From the human T2T-CHM13v2.0 reference genome, Homo sapiens: DNA of 64,000 nt. The notes below the pieces were generated by a model. It was not told the origin of the DNA and did not search any database. It worked only from the letters and a program-made list of their open reading frames with translations. Position 1 is the first letter of the stretch, and each line of letters starts with the position of its first letter. The DNA lies in NCBI RefSeq assembly GCF_009914755.1, contig NC_060940.1. One strand, 5' to 3'. The position numbers and the translations under genes are program-made. Of this stretch, positions 1 through 14,656 are shown piece after piece.

Positions 1-1553
1 TGTGTCTCCTGTTCGTTACTTAACACTGCATCGTAGGTGTCTGGAGTATTCCTCCATTGTCCTCATGAACGTGTTTTTTTAGTAGCTGCACAATATTCCA
101 CTAAAAAGATAAGTGTTGAAAATTGCCTTCTGGGTTTTTTTTTTTTTCTACACTCACCTAGGGGAGGGAGAGAAAAGAAAGATGGCTGGGAAGAGCTTTT
201 TCTGTTTAGGATTCTGAGAAAAGCATCTCCAGGTCTGATTTGATATTCGGTTATCGGTCTAGTGTGCCCCTCCTAATCCTGACCTTCAAGCCAGCATAAA
301 AGAACCTGGCCCCTTAGCAGGGGCTGACCGCTTTGCCTCCAGCAGAGCAGAGGCCCCTTAATTTGAAATGAAACGATTCTTCCATCAAAGGAGAGGGAGA
401 CTGGAGTTAAAATCGAACCATTCTAACGGCAGCACAGGAAAGTCCTTAAGCCTGCTTCTTCAAACATAGCACCTGGAAATGGTCCTGATTACACAGTGCT
501 TGTCAGTAAGAGGGGAAAGTTATGAAAGAATAACTTTGTTTGGTGGTAGCTGCCTTGCTGTAGTCAAGGCACACACTTTCCACTTTGAATTATGTATTAA
601 CTAGCATTGCAGCTGAAGCCGCCTTGAAGAGAAAGCCCTGTTTGGGCAGCTGCGGGAACATAACCTGCTACTATTCGGGAGCCATTTTCAGTTCGCCCTC
701 CTTAGCTTCAAGAGGTTTTCATGGTGGTCAGCCCAGGGAAAGTGGATGGGGATGAAACTTGGAGGGTTGGAGGCAGCCTGGGTAGCTTGGCTGCCATCCT
801 CCATTCTGTTTTGCTTTGCTGGAAGTGATGGGCTGGATGCCAGGGAGGAGCAGTGAAGCGTTAAGGGCAGAGGGTGAGGGGGCAGCCTATAGAGCTTGGA
901 TGCCCCTCCTCCCGCCTCCCCTGCTCAAGCCACTCACTAGGAGACAGCGGAGCAGAACCGTGGGACGATGGAGCACCTGGGTCCTGGCAAGGTTGCTCTG
1001 CAGCTTCCGGCACTGGTGATGACAGAGAGGTTACGGGTGCAGGATATTTGAGCATTTCGTGAGTTTGGATTTGGAATTTCATTGAAAGGTGAAATCTTTG
1101 TGGAACTGTCAGCTTCAGTTACCTCCAACCTGCTAAAGCTTTGAGAAAGGCCCCTTGAACTCTCTGCACCGTCGAGTACTTTTCTCTTGGTTATGCCTCC
1201 AGTGTTGGAGGATTATTCCTGGCGTGCAAGGCACTCATTTAGGATTATTCCTTGTCACTGCCTGTGCTCACCTCCACCTCCAGAAGGCAGCACCCACACT
1301 TCTCATCGTGGCTTCTCCTCAGCCTTTTATTGTTGCATCTGCCTCCTAACAGATCTCCCATACCCCATTCCTAGTCCTTACCCCAAAATGCTGCCAGCCC
1401 AACCTTCCCCAAACAGTACTTGCAATCTACTCCTATCTTGCTCAGACATGTTCGGTAATTCACCATAACCTACTGGATACAATTCAAACTCCTTATTTGG
1501 TCACTCCAAGTCCTCCACTCCGGTCCTAGCATCCTCCTCCTCACAGCAGCTAG

Positions 1554-1844
<291 letters not shown>

Positions 1845-1986
1845 TAGATTTCTTCTTCCACCCTGGCCTCTCTTGGCTGTCCTCTAAACACATGTCCCCC
1901 ATTCCTACACCTGGTCTTGTACTTAAGCTATCCTTCCTACCTAAAATGTTCTTCCCTTTCTACATAGCAGCTCAGGTTCCCCATGA

Positions 1987-2399
<413 letters not shown>

Positions 2400-3317
2400 T
2401 ATACTTGTACTCTCAAGCACATTTGTCTTCAAAATGGGTAACGTTCTAGATGGCAGGGACCAGCCCGAGATCTCCAGGTGCCAAAGCAGTGTTCTCTACT
2501 CAGAGCAGGGCTTCAGCGTTTGTTAAATGAGTGTTGTAAGTGCAGCGTGAATCTTCTACTACTGAGCCAAATAGGAAGGCTTATTTATCCTCTGGAACCT
2601 GTGGAAAAGCCAATTCAGCAACATCTGAATTCATGTTTTTAAGTGATTGGGTGTGGAATTAGCCCTATTTCTAAATCCCCAGTGGTAAGCAGAGATAAAC
2701 TCGAGCTTGATTGTAGCAGCCCCTTAAAGAAACCCCTCCCCACCTCCCCGTGAAGGGATGAATGCAAATAGGACACCACAAACTGGATGCTAATTACAGG
2801 CAAATCCTCCCTGGCATAGACTGCCATAAAGGTAAAGACTCTCTTATCTGCCTGATAACACCAGGTCCCTGGCCCTGCAGATCAGAAAAAAAGAGAGTGC
2901 TCCCTAGGGCAGGCCATTTAGGGGGCAAAGCCAATTAATTGGTACAGGCAGGGTGTTTGTTGTCCTCATGAGGTTCTATCTGGACCCACTGTTGGTTAAG
3001 GAGGTTTTCATGGACTCGTGAGGTTGTGCTGAACCAGCCCCACCACCTGGAAAACTCCGTGGAGCTGGCGGCGTGAGAAGGGCAATAAGCCTTGGGACAC
3101 AGTTGGAGTCTAAGAAACTAACTAGGCATGAGATGGTCCTGGCCCAGCCCCAGGGAGACAAACTTGCACCCAGAGAAGTCATGTTGCTGCTGAGTGAGGA
3201 CGGAAGGGATCCTTCCAAACTGGCTTCTCCATTCCTTGGGCTTCTAAACAGGTCACTTACAAGCAGCCAGTTGGCTGGATATGACTCAGACACATTATGT
3301 CTGGCCTGTGGAGTGTG

Positions 3318-3320
<3 letters not shown>

Positions 3321-3364
<44 letters not shown>
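3321..3364. repeat. (GT)22 microsatellite
   Basis: Perfect dinucleotide run. Confidence 0.97.
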
Positions 3365-3366
<2 letters not shown>

Positions 3367-3711
3367 CCTTCAACATTTGAATTACCAATGCTTAAAAAAA
3401 TTAGGAGATTTCACATACAAAATCTGGATTTCTGGCTTCTCTTGACAACAGAGCACCTGGCCACATGAGGCCCTCCCTCCACAGGGAGATGAGCCTCTAA
3501 ACGGAGCGTTTGCTCTCCACCAGGCTGATGCACTCATTTTTGCCCTTGCCAAGCCCCTGCTTATTTTCTCTGATGTTGCAGATTGCAAATCTGGGAAGGA
3601 GGAAGGATCAGAGATATCCTCATCTGCAGCAACTCCAGGGGTCTGTGATGCCTCTGGGTGTGCAGGAGGTAGCCCAGGGCTCCAGGGTTCATAATGCAAG
3701 AGAGACAAGAC

Positions 3712-4018
<307 letters not shown>

Positions 4019-4290
4019 AGGCAGTTTTCTTTTATTCAAACACTGATCCTTGAACTTGCTGTCACTGAGTGCTCTAGAGGGATGGCCATGTAGAACCCGT
4101 GGCATGGGCAAAGGATGCTGCTGTCTGGTTTACTAACACTTGCTGAGCGCTTACCCTCAGCCAATCTCTTCAAACTTCCTATCAGTCCGCCTAGCAATCC
4201 CATCTGTGGGATGAAGACACTGGGGCTTACTGGCAGACTCTAGAGCCCTCCCCTCCACCAACCTAAGGCTTCTTCTCCATCTTTGTGTAA

Positions 4291-5072
<782 letters not shown>

Positions 5073-5191
5073 TAAGATGGGATTGTGTGGAGTAGGTGTG
5101 CCTGGGGTCTTTGCTTGCCTGCGGGGACTGAGGTGTGAGGTCTGTGGCCCAGACTGAGCAATGGTGGGCAGGCAAGTCCCTGAGCCCCTAA

Positions 5192-5530
<339 letters not shown>

Positions 5531-5959
5531 TAAAAACTAGTTATTAATTATAATTTCTCTTCAAGTTTTCCTGAGATGTAAAAACTCATCGCCTTCAGCT
5601 GGTTCTAAACTTCTTGTCTCTGCTAACAACTCTCCCCCCTCCTCGATCTCACCCCACCCCAGTGCACCCCAACTCACTTCATCTCACTTTACTCGAGTCT
5701 AGCACTATCTTTTAGGGACCTGAAAACTACTGTCGATAAGGTCAGTTGGGAATTTAGGAGGTCATGGATGTCGGAAATAAAGGTGTGAAAAAGAAGAGGA
5801 GGAATTGTTTTGGCTTTAAGACACCGGAACCTCCAAGGTTCCTACAAAACCGTTTGCAGCTTTTGCAAACCGCCTTAAAGTCATCAGCGCCCCACTGCGG
5901 AATTCAAAGCTAAGCTGTCACAATTGTTAACACCTTCTTTGACCAGCCTTTTTACATTT

Positions 5960-6097
5960 GACAATTCTCTTCAGCGCCTCTTTCCTGCCAGCAGGAAGGT
6001 TTTGCTGCCTTGGCTTTCGGGAGCCCCCTAGACAGCGAACTGCCCCTTCGCGTGCAGAAGTCGGGGAAGAGTGCTCTCAGCTCGCCTTCCTTGCAGG
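5960..6097 (+). other. HAS3: Candidate upstream alternative non-coding first exon of HAS3 (start approximate)
   Basis: Strong donor AGG|GTGAGT at 6097/6098 at the edge of the CpG island. Confidence 0.5.
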
Positions 6098-8300
6098 GTG
6101 AGTAGGTTTTGCGGGTTAGAGAGCGGGGCGTGGGGGCGGGGAGGGAGAGTAACAATTTTGGAAGTCCCTGCGTGGTATCTGGAAAGTTAACGACGCTTCA
6201 GGTTCTAGGTTGAGCCCAATGACCGTCTTGCCTTGGCAGCTGGTCCCAGGGCGATTGCAGAGCCGCGTGGCCTTCGGCCCCACTCGGGGGACCCAGCTTC
6301 GGAGAGGGCGCAGGGGCTGCGAGTCTTGCGAGCCGGAGCCGCGTCCACCCGGGACTAGGCGTCCCCGCCGAGCGCTGGCTTGTGGCGCTCCCTGGGACCG
6401 CGCGGGGTCGGGGGTGCGCCCGCGGGGGCCCTCCCACTCTGGTCAACTTTCCCGGCCCCAGGGCCGGGGGAGGCGCCTCTCCTGGCGGGCACGCGCCGGG
6501 TACTTAAGGGCGGCTCGGCTGGGCAGGCGGCAGTCGGAGCGCGCGGCGGCGCGGAGCGGAGCGGGAGGAGGGGCATGGAGCCGCCGCGGGCCTGCTGAGC
6601 TCCGGAGCGCGGCAGCCGGCGGCACGGTGAGCGCGGGCCGGCCGGCACCCAGGAGGGGAGGGCCGCGCGGGGCTGCGCCGAGGCCGGGGCGCGCCGGGTG
6701 GCAGGGGTGCCTCTCGCCGAGCCCCCCGCACCCGGCCAGCTCCCAGCCCTGCGGGCGCCGCGTCCGGCGCGGGGAGGCGGGTTGGGGGCGGCGGCAGCCC
6801 CGGGCTTCCCGGCGGCCGTTCCTGCAGCCCCCTCCCCACTGACCCCTCCTCCCTTTCTTCCTGCATCCTCTCCTCTTCCAGCCTCGCCTCCCTCCTCCCC
6901 GGCGGCTCCTGTTTTGTGAATGAATTAGGAGGCGGACGCCGGTGCGGGGCTCCAGGCTGGCTGGGGTACCCCTCCCCCGCACCTTCTACGACCTCCCGGG
7001 GGTTTGCACCTGTCCGGGCACCAAGGTACCAGGCGCCCACGTTCCTGCGGGTTAGCCGGGCCGCGGCAGCACGTGTCCGGGGGAGTGGGCTCCCCTCCCC
7101 TGGCCGGCCTGGAGGGGCCCGGAGGGCGGCCGGGCACAAGAGGAGGAGCCCCGTTGGGCGCACAAGTTTCCATGCCGCTGCGTGTGGCCCTGCCGCGGGG
7201 CGCACCTGTCAGCGGGAGAGACGCTGCACACCAGCAGCCCCTCAAAGTTTCGGAGGCTTGATGGAGAAGCGTGCGTCCTTGACTGGGGGTTCTCCTTCCG
7301 TAGTCCTGGGAGCCGGACTTGAGAGCGCCCCCAACCTTGTGCCCTTGAAAGCCGAGTGCGCGTTAGTTTGCCTGGGCTGGGCTCCCGTGGATGAGCGAAG
7401 GGCATGAGGAGGCGGCGGTCCAGGCTGTAGGATCACCCCACAGCCTCTGCCGGCTTGGGGTGACACAGCCCCCCGCCCCAGGTCTGGGCAGGAGAACCTC
7501 GACCACAGCCTGCACCAGCGCCTGATTGCACGTGGGGTATCTGGTTGAGGGACATTTTGGGGGCCTCTATTTGGGGGTGGGGGTAGTAACCTGGGTAATG
7601 CCTCTAATTCCTGCGGGGGAGGGGTCCCGCCCAGGGAAGGAGAGGGCCGGCTACACCGGGGATGCGCCTTTGTCTACAGGCACACTTTGCCAAGGTAGCT
7701 GGGGTACCAGGAAGAGCAGGGCCTGGTCCGACTGGGATCCCTTGGGTTTTCCGTTCCTTCCCGGTTGGGTCGTGGGAAAGCGGCACGTGGGTGTGGCCGG
7801 CGCCGCCTTTGCCAAGAGGCGAGGCTCGAGCGGGGATGAGAAGCGTGGCGAGTGCGTTCGCGGCTGCTTTGACCTGGTGGGCGCCGCCTCCGGCACTGCA
7901 CCGAGGCGGGGCGCCAGCGCCCAGGTTGCTGGGCTGGCCTTGGCGCCCCCTTCCCCTACCCAGAGCGCAGGCAGGCAGGGGGGTCCCGCCGCGCCCCTTC
8001 AGCATGTAAGCTCCGGAGGGGAATGGGGGCGCTCCTAGGCTGCGGATGCAGGCCTGGGGACTCCTGGGCCGCAGGCGCGAGCAGTAGGGTGGCAACAGGG
8101 AGGGCTGGGAGTCCTGTGAAGGAAGCACACGGCGGGCTCCCCGGGACGGTGGGGCAGAGCGCCCGGAGGCCGCGCTTCCCGGAGAGGCTAGGCTGCCAGC
8201 AGCTCTTTTCGGGCCAACGCTGCTGGAAGGCTGCTAGTGCCGGAGTCTCAGGTCGATTTAGGCAGTGACTGCGTGTTCTTCGTCCCTTCTACGTGAGAGG
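6050..8300. promoter_or_regulatory. HAS3: CpG island / HAS3 promoter region
   Basis: Very GC- and CpG-rich, with GC boxes and a TATA-like TACTTAA at 6501-6507; lies upstream of the first coding exon. Boundaries approximate. Confidence 0.85.
6530..6626 (+). other. HAS3: HAS3 non-coding first exon (start approximate)
   Basis: Begins ~25-30 nt after the TATA-like TACTTAA; donor ACG|GTGAGC at 6626/6627. Confidence 0.7.
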
Positions 8301-9429
8301 CGTCCCGACAGGAAAGTGTGTTTGTTTTGGGGGCTCCGTTTCCTGAGACCTAAGAGTTGGAGCAAGCTTGGAAGCGAGGCATCATTGTCTGTAGACCTCA
8401 GTGAACATGGGGTTCTCTAGATCAGGCAGGTGGCAGAGAGGAGATAGTGTGGGTCAGAATGGGAAGGCCGGCAGCCATCCTTGCCACCTTTTCTTTCCCC
8501 TCCCTCACATCCCCCTCCCCACCTGCTCTGGAGGAAACCACAGTCACCCTCACCACTAGGGTAGCTCTTCGGGGCCGGAAGTGTTTCCATTTTTAGGGAA
8601 ATGACTTACCTGAGACATGAGGCAGGAATCCATTAGAACTCCCATTGTGCTATGGGGAGACCAAGTCTCAGAGAACTGGGGCAAGGTCAGGCAGCCAGGA
8701 GGCAGAAGTGCTGTCTTAAACCCAATTCTCTAGTGCCAAGTCCTGGGCTGTTATAAAATACAGCTGTTTCCAACAGGGGAGATGTTAGGAGCCCTGACTT
8801 AGTTGCAAATGGAAACCGGGCATTGTTTCCAGGAGTGGCTGGGCAGGGGGACACGCACAGAGACGCATGCTGCACGGGCACTAGGACCAAGCGGATGGGA
8901 TGCCCAGGCAGCCACTGTGGAGGCTGCTGCAGTGGTGGCTGCAGTTCCCTGTGCTTTCTTCAGCCCTGGGCTCTAGGAGGCTGTCCACTCCCCAGCTTGC
9001 ATTTCCTGGTCTGCCTCTCCCCCTGCTTTCCCTTTCTTTCCTGCCTCTCAAGTAAAAGGTGAGAAAGTGGAGGACACAGGGAAAGTTTCTCTAATAACTG
9101 TCTTGAGAAAGGGAAGCTGCTGCTTTTTCCCAATGCCCCTTTGTTTGCTGTTTCTTTTGCTCCTGCACTTTCTTCTTGGGTCTTACTGGTGGCTGCACTT
9201 TACTGGTGAATATCCCCTCCAGGAGTGGGTGCAGGGTAGGGGGAAGCTCTTAGGCCACTGGCTGCCTCCCTGGCCCTCAGGTGCCCAGAGCTGCCTCAGG
9301 CTCACCCCCTTGAAGCTTACCTCTTCAGCGCTTTGGGCCAGGTAGAGCCCAGTTCTGCCACCCACCAGCCAGATGTCACGTGACCCTCTGGGCCTTGGCT
9401 TGTCTACCCCAGTGCTACACTAAGGGCTT

Positions 9430-9575
9430 TGTATGTGTCGCCCATTTAACCCTCAAAGATGCCTTGAGGTTAGTCCTGCAACCCACATTTTACAGATGAC
9501 GTAAGGGGGCACAGACATCAAGTGGCAGAGCTGGGATCTGAACCCCAGTAGTCTGGCTTCTGAGTCTACCAAGTC
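9430..9575. mobile_element. MIR fragment upstream of the first HAS3 coding exon
   Basis: ATTTTACAGATGA core and GAGCTGGGATCTGAACCC motif. Confidence 0.65.
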
Positions 9576-9705
9576 TTATGCTCAGTAAGCGGTAACGGTT
9601 TTGATCAGTGGGTCATGTCCACTAGTAACAGAGAACACCCATGCTCCCACGGACTGGAAATGCTGCCTCCTGCCTGACCCTTCATCTCCTGCCTTCTCTC
9701 GCCAG

Positions 9706-10341
9706 ATGCCGGTGCAGCTGACGACAGCCCTGCGTGTGGTGGGCACCAGCCTGTTTGCCCTGGCAGTGCTGGGTGGCATCCTGGCAGCCTATGTGACGGG
9801 CTACCAGTTCATCCACACGGAAAAGCACTACCTGTCCTTCGGCCTGTACGGCGCCATCCTGGGCCTGCACCTGCTCATTCAGAGCCTTTTTGCCTTCCTG
9901 GAGCACCGGCGCATGCGACGTGCCGGCCAGGCCCTGAAGCTGCCCTCCCCGCGGCGGGGCTCGGTGGCACTGTGCATTGCCGCATACCAGGAGGACCCTG
10001 ACTACTTGCGCAAGTGCCTGCGCTCGGCCCAGCGCATCTCCTTCCCTGACCTCAAGGTGGTCATGGTGGTGGATGGCAACCGCCAGGAGGACGCCTACAT
10101 GCTGGACATCTTCCACGAGGTGCTGGGCGGCACCGAGCAGGCCGGCTTCTTTGTGTGGCGCAGCAACTTCCATGAGGCAGGCGAGGGTGAGACGGAGGCC
10201 AGCCTGCAGGAGGGCATGGACCGTGTGCGGGATGTGGTGCGGGCCAGCACCTTCTCGTGCATCATGCAGAAGTGGGGAGGCAAGCGCGAGGTCATGTACA
10301 CGGCCTTCAAGGCCCTCGGCGATTCGGTGGACTACATCCAG
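9706..10341 (+). CDS. HAS3: Hyaluronan synthase 3, first coding exon (aa 1-212)
   Basis: Pyrimidine tract + CAG|ATG; translates [13 protein letters not shown]...DYIQ with TM helices and GT2 motifs (AAYQED, VVDGN, GGKR); donor CAG|GTAAGG; 636 nt. Confidence 0.98.
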
Positions 10342-10478
10342 GTAAGGGCGCCTCCCTAGGAGCGTGTGTACATGGGGATAAGTCTGGACAGCCTGGCAAA
10401 CTCTCCGCCAAGAATCTGAGGTCTGGTCTAGGTCCCTTGGGTTGTGCACACACCTGTGCACTTAAGAAGGCAACAAGG

Positions 10479-10713
10479 TGGCCGGGCGCGGTGGCTCACG
10501 CCTGTAATCCCAACACTTTGGGGGGCCGAGGCGGGTGGATCACAAGGTCAGGAGATCCAGACCATCCTGGCTAACACGGTGAAACCCCATCTCTACTAAA
10601 AATATAAAAAATTAGCCGGGCATGGTGGCAGGCGCCTGTAGTCCCAGCTACTCGGGAGGCTGAGGCAGGAGAATGGCTCCTGGGGAATAAGGCGTGAGCC
10701 ACCACACCCGGCC
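10479..10713. mobile_element. Truncated + strand AluY-like element fused to the 5' tip of a - strand Alu
   Basis: Alu + 10479-10677, then AGGCGTGAGCCACCACACCCGGCC at 10690-10713. Confidence 0.85.
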
Positions 10714-10893
10714 TTATTATTATTATTTTTTAAAGACAAAGGGTCTCACTATGTTGCCCAGGCTGGAGTGCAACGGCTATTTAAAGGCATGATCAATACG
10801 CACTATAGCCTCAAACTCCTGGCCTTGGGCAGTCCTCCCACCTCATCCTCCCTAGTAACTGCGATTACAGGCACATACACCACCGCACCCAGC
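10714..10893 (-). mobile_element. FAM (fossil Alu monomer)
   Basis: Retains the 7SL-derived segment GGCTATTTAAAGGCATGATCAATACGCACTATAGCC (cf. FAM GGCTATTCACAGGCGCGATCATAGCGCACTACAGCC), absent from dimeric Alu. Confidence 0.75.
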
Positions 10894-10904
10894 TCCATGT
10901 TAGC

Positions 10905-11060
10905 CCTTTTAATCCTCTTAACACTCCCAGGGAGAAGTGCTATTATCTCCACTCATAGAAGGTGAAAGCAAAGCACAGAGAAGCTAAGTAACTTGCCTAA
11001 TGTCCCATTGCTAGTAGGGTGCAGAGCCAGGATTTGCGCCCAGGCCGTCTGTCTCAAGTC
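10905..11060. mobile_element. MIR fragment
   Basis: GCACAGAGAAGCTAAGTAACTTGCC core. Confidence 0.65.
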
Positions 11061-11464
11061 TTCTCTTACCTGTGATGCAGCACTGCCTCAGCAATGGCAA
11101 CGTGGGGCTGAACCTCTTCATAAGAAAGCGTGGTGAAGAGCAAAAGAAACCATCCTCAAAAACACTCAAAATATTCTAGTTATGGCCAAAAAGTCCCATT
11201 CTTCCTAGTGTCAAAGTCATGTCTGGGCGGTGAGAGACACAGGTGCGAATGACTAGCTTCATTTTGTAGGAGCATCGGCAGGGGCGGGACCCTGATTAAA
11301 CCCTGCCCAGCTTTGGTCAAAGCAATCACTGACATAAGCCTGGAAATTGTACTAGGTTGATATGGTTTCCATCTTCAAATAAAAAAAACTCAAGAGTTGA
11401 AAAGATTAAAGACCACATCTTTCAGTACAAAGTAGAAACCCTAGGACCCTGGATTTCTAGGCCA

Positions 11465-11779
<315 letters not shown>

Positions 11780-13754
11780 TGATCAGTGCTTGAAGGTGCA
11801 GTGGCTGTCCTGCCAGCCCACCTGTGTACCAACTCAGTCTGCTGACAGCATTTTGAGTCCCCTAATACGATTTTTCTCTGGTGTACCCACCTAAAATTAG
11901 CTCACTCAGATTGCGTGTCTGGCTTTTTTGACAGTTGTCTCTGCATGAGGGTTGATATGTTTATCTTTTTCTGGCTTCCTAGGCCCAGGACCTCCTCAGT
12001 CATGGAGGGAGTTAGGAGAGCTTAGCAGGCTGTTTTGACTGCAGTTCACCTGGGGTCGTGGGACCTTGTGAAACTTTCCTGGGGACCCAAATGCTTAGGG
12101 AAAAGCCCTTGAGCCCTGGCACAGGCTCAAGCCACAGTGACTTTGTCATCTATTCCCTTCAAGCACAGGATCTCACCCCCACCCCACCCTGCCATCTCCC
12201 TTTCCTGGCCATCTGGGTTCTGGTGGATCAGCAAACAGGCTCACACACCTGAGCTGTCTCTTTACAGCCCTGGGATCACTGCATAAGGTTGCCCTGGGCC
12301 AGAGCCAGTGAGCGCTTGCTGGATCTCAGCCTGTCTTCTAACCGCCTGCTGCGGAGGTATCTCTCCCTCCTAGGCAGAACTCTGCCCGAGCCAGTGGGGA
12401 AACCCAGGCAGCACGAGAGCTCTTCTTTCCCTAACCTTGCTCAGTTAGAAAGACATCCAAGACATCCCTGGACTGAAGGAAGCAAAGCAGCATATAAAGA
12501 ATGGGCTAGGGCAGGGGCAGGGAGGAGCAGTGAGACCAGCAGAACAGCAGCAGTGCTGGGAGTCTTGGCCTGTAAGTGGAGGAGGCTCTGCTAGTCTGGC
12601 CTGAGGCTTCCTGGGCCCTTCCCAGGCATGGACCAGGATGTAAGGATATGCCTGGTGGGGAGGTGGGAAGAAGCACATATGAGGGACTCAGCCTGGTGCT
12701 GATGCTGTTCTGATTCCCCCTTAGCCTTCTACTGCTTATCTGTGGCCACCCTGTCTTCCAACATAGAGAAAGCTGGGTGGGGTTGTGGTGTCAGAGGCAG
12801 CCTCCTTTCCTGCAGGAATCTTACTCAGCAACTTTAATACAAGGATCTTAGGCTTCTACAGAACAGGGTTTTGGTTTATCTGTGGATCTCTTTGTTGCTC
12901 TCCTAACAGTGACCACAGAGTAAATCAGGTCTGTAAACCAGTTCTCCTGGCCAATGCTCACTGGATTTGTGTACCACTTCACTAATTTTTTAGAAACCAG
13001 AAAAGGAGTCAGCCACTAGGGCAACTAGTGGCCTGGGTTCAACTCATAATGAGACCACCTGTTAGAATCAGGCCATAAGCCTCCCAAGAGCTGGGCAGAG
13101 TTGGCCCTGGGGTCTGCCTGGAGGCAGCTGCTGCAGCTTCCATGCCTATTCAGAGCAGCCTCCAGGGGGAGCCCTCAGCCATACCGTGCCCTGGTCCGAG
13201 AGGCTCGGCCAAGGGAGTCTGTTGAGGGCGCAGAGGCCAGCAGCCTTATTACTGGTCTCATAGAGGTGCCTGCAAGTAGGTAGTCTGGTAACCACCAGTG
13301 GGCTGCAGGTTGTCCAAGGGGTCAGAGGCTGACACGGGGACCCCTGTGGTTAATTCTGTGGGGTCACTTAAGGCCATATGCAGCCTGTTAGTCCTGGGCT
13401 ACCCTACTGTGCCTGCCATCTGATTTCAGTGACGTTTCCCTTCTGCCGAAGGACCCCAGAGCAATTTTTTGCGTCCAGTGCTAAGCATGTCTCTCTCCAC
13501 GCCTGGCACCTACTGTCTTCAGGGTTTCTCCCTCTCAGCCTAGTGGCTGTCAAGTCTGGTAGCTGTACACTTTTACTAGCTTTCATTTTACCTCTGGCAC
13601 CTTCTGGTAGCGCAGATCTCTTAGCTAGAGGCTGGAAGTGAGTCATGTGTGAAGGGGTCATGTCTCTCAGGCAGTGAGCAGCCTGGCAGTGGGGTGGGGG
13701 ACAGGGTGTGCAGGTCTGAGGTCAGAATGGGCTGACGACGCACTCCCTCTGCAG

Positions 13755-13856
13755 GTGTGCGACTCTGACACTGTGCTGGATCCAGCCTGCACCATCGAGA
13801 TGCTTCGAGTCCTGGAGGAGGATCCCCAAGTAGGGGGAGTCGGGGGAGATGTCCAG
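13755..13856 (+). CDS. HAS3: HAS3 second coding exon (VCDSDT...GDVQ, DxD motif)
   Basis: ctgcag| acceptor, CAG|GTAAGA donor, 102 nt, phase 0. Confidence 0.98.
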
Positions 13857-14656
13857 GTAAGATGAGACCAGGGATATCTGTGGGGAGGGGTCTGGACTCT
13901 TTTTCCTAATCCAATTGGATATGCCTGGGAAATGGGTGTCTTGACTTCCTAGTATTGGGGGGAGGTTCCTCGCTGGCAGTTTTCACTGACACCAAAGAGC
14001 TCGCCCCCCTCACTGCCCAACCCCTTTCTTGCTCTTCTTCCACATGAGGGGAAGTCACTTAAACAGGTATGGAGCAGAGTCTATACTGCAGGAGGGGCAC
14101 AGTATTTTGAGGCCATACATCCTAGAAGGTACTTCCTTTTTGGCCGGTGGTACAGCAAGTAGCTCCAAAGTCAGATCCTTGAGCAGCCCTTGCTCTTAGG
14201 AGATGGGCTGAAGAGCTCTGGTCAATACGGTAAGAATAAGGGCCCCAATCTGCCAGAGATACTGAAGCAGCATCCCAGGTCCCCTACAACTTTCCAACCA
14301 CAGAAATCTCAGGACAGGTGGTTGTGGTGGTGTTTTGCATTCTTCCCAAGCCCCCTTCTCTGCCACCACCACAGGCTGCCTCCTGAGACCGAAGGTGGCT
14401 TTGACTGCTAGAGCCACTTAGTGGGGAAAATCTCTGCAGATAAGATGACACAGTAGGGAGGTAGAGCTGGTGCTGGGGACAGGGATTGTGTGTGGTTGGC
14501 TCCTCTGAGCCTCAGGTTTCCCAGCTCCAAAGGAACCGATGGCCAGGAATCTAAGCAGCGGGCCACAGAAGCCATGGTAAGGAGGCCTCGTGGTCTCTGA
14601 TGTCTGTCCTCCGGACGTGCAACCTTAGGAGGCCCAGCATCTCTATTCCCTTGCAG

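Noticed and set aside
3073-3468. 131-aa ORF with a CVCVCV run
   Set aside because: Read-through of the (GT)n microsatellite.
6198-8268. Many overlapping Arg/Gly/Pro/Ala-rich ORFs
   Set aside because: Expected stop-codon scarcity in a CpG island; no recognisable protein.
9682-10461. 259-aa antisense ORF over the first HAS3 coding exon
   Set aside because: Shadow frame of a GC3-rich coding exon.
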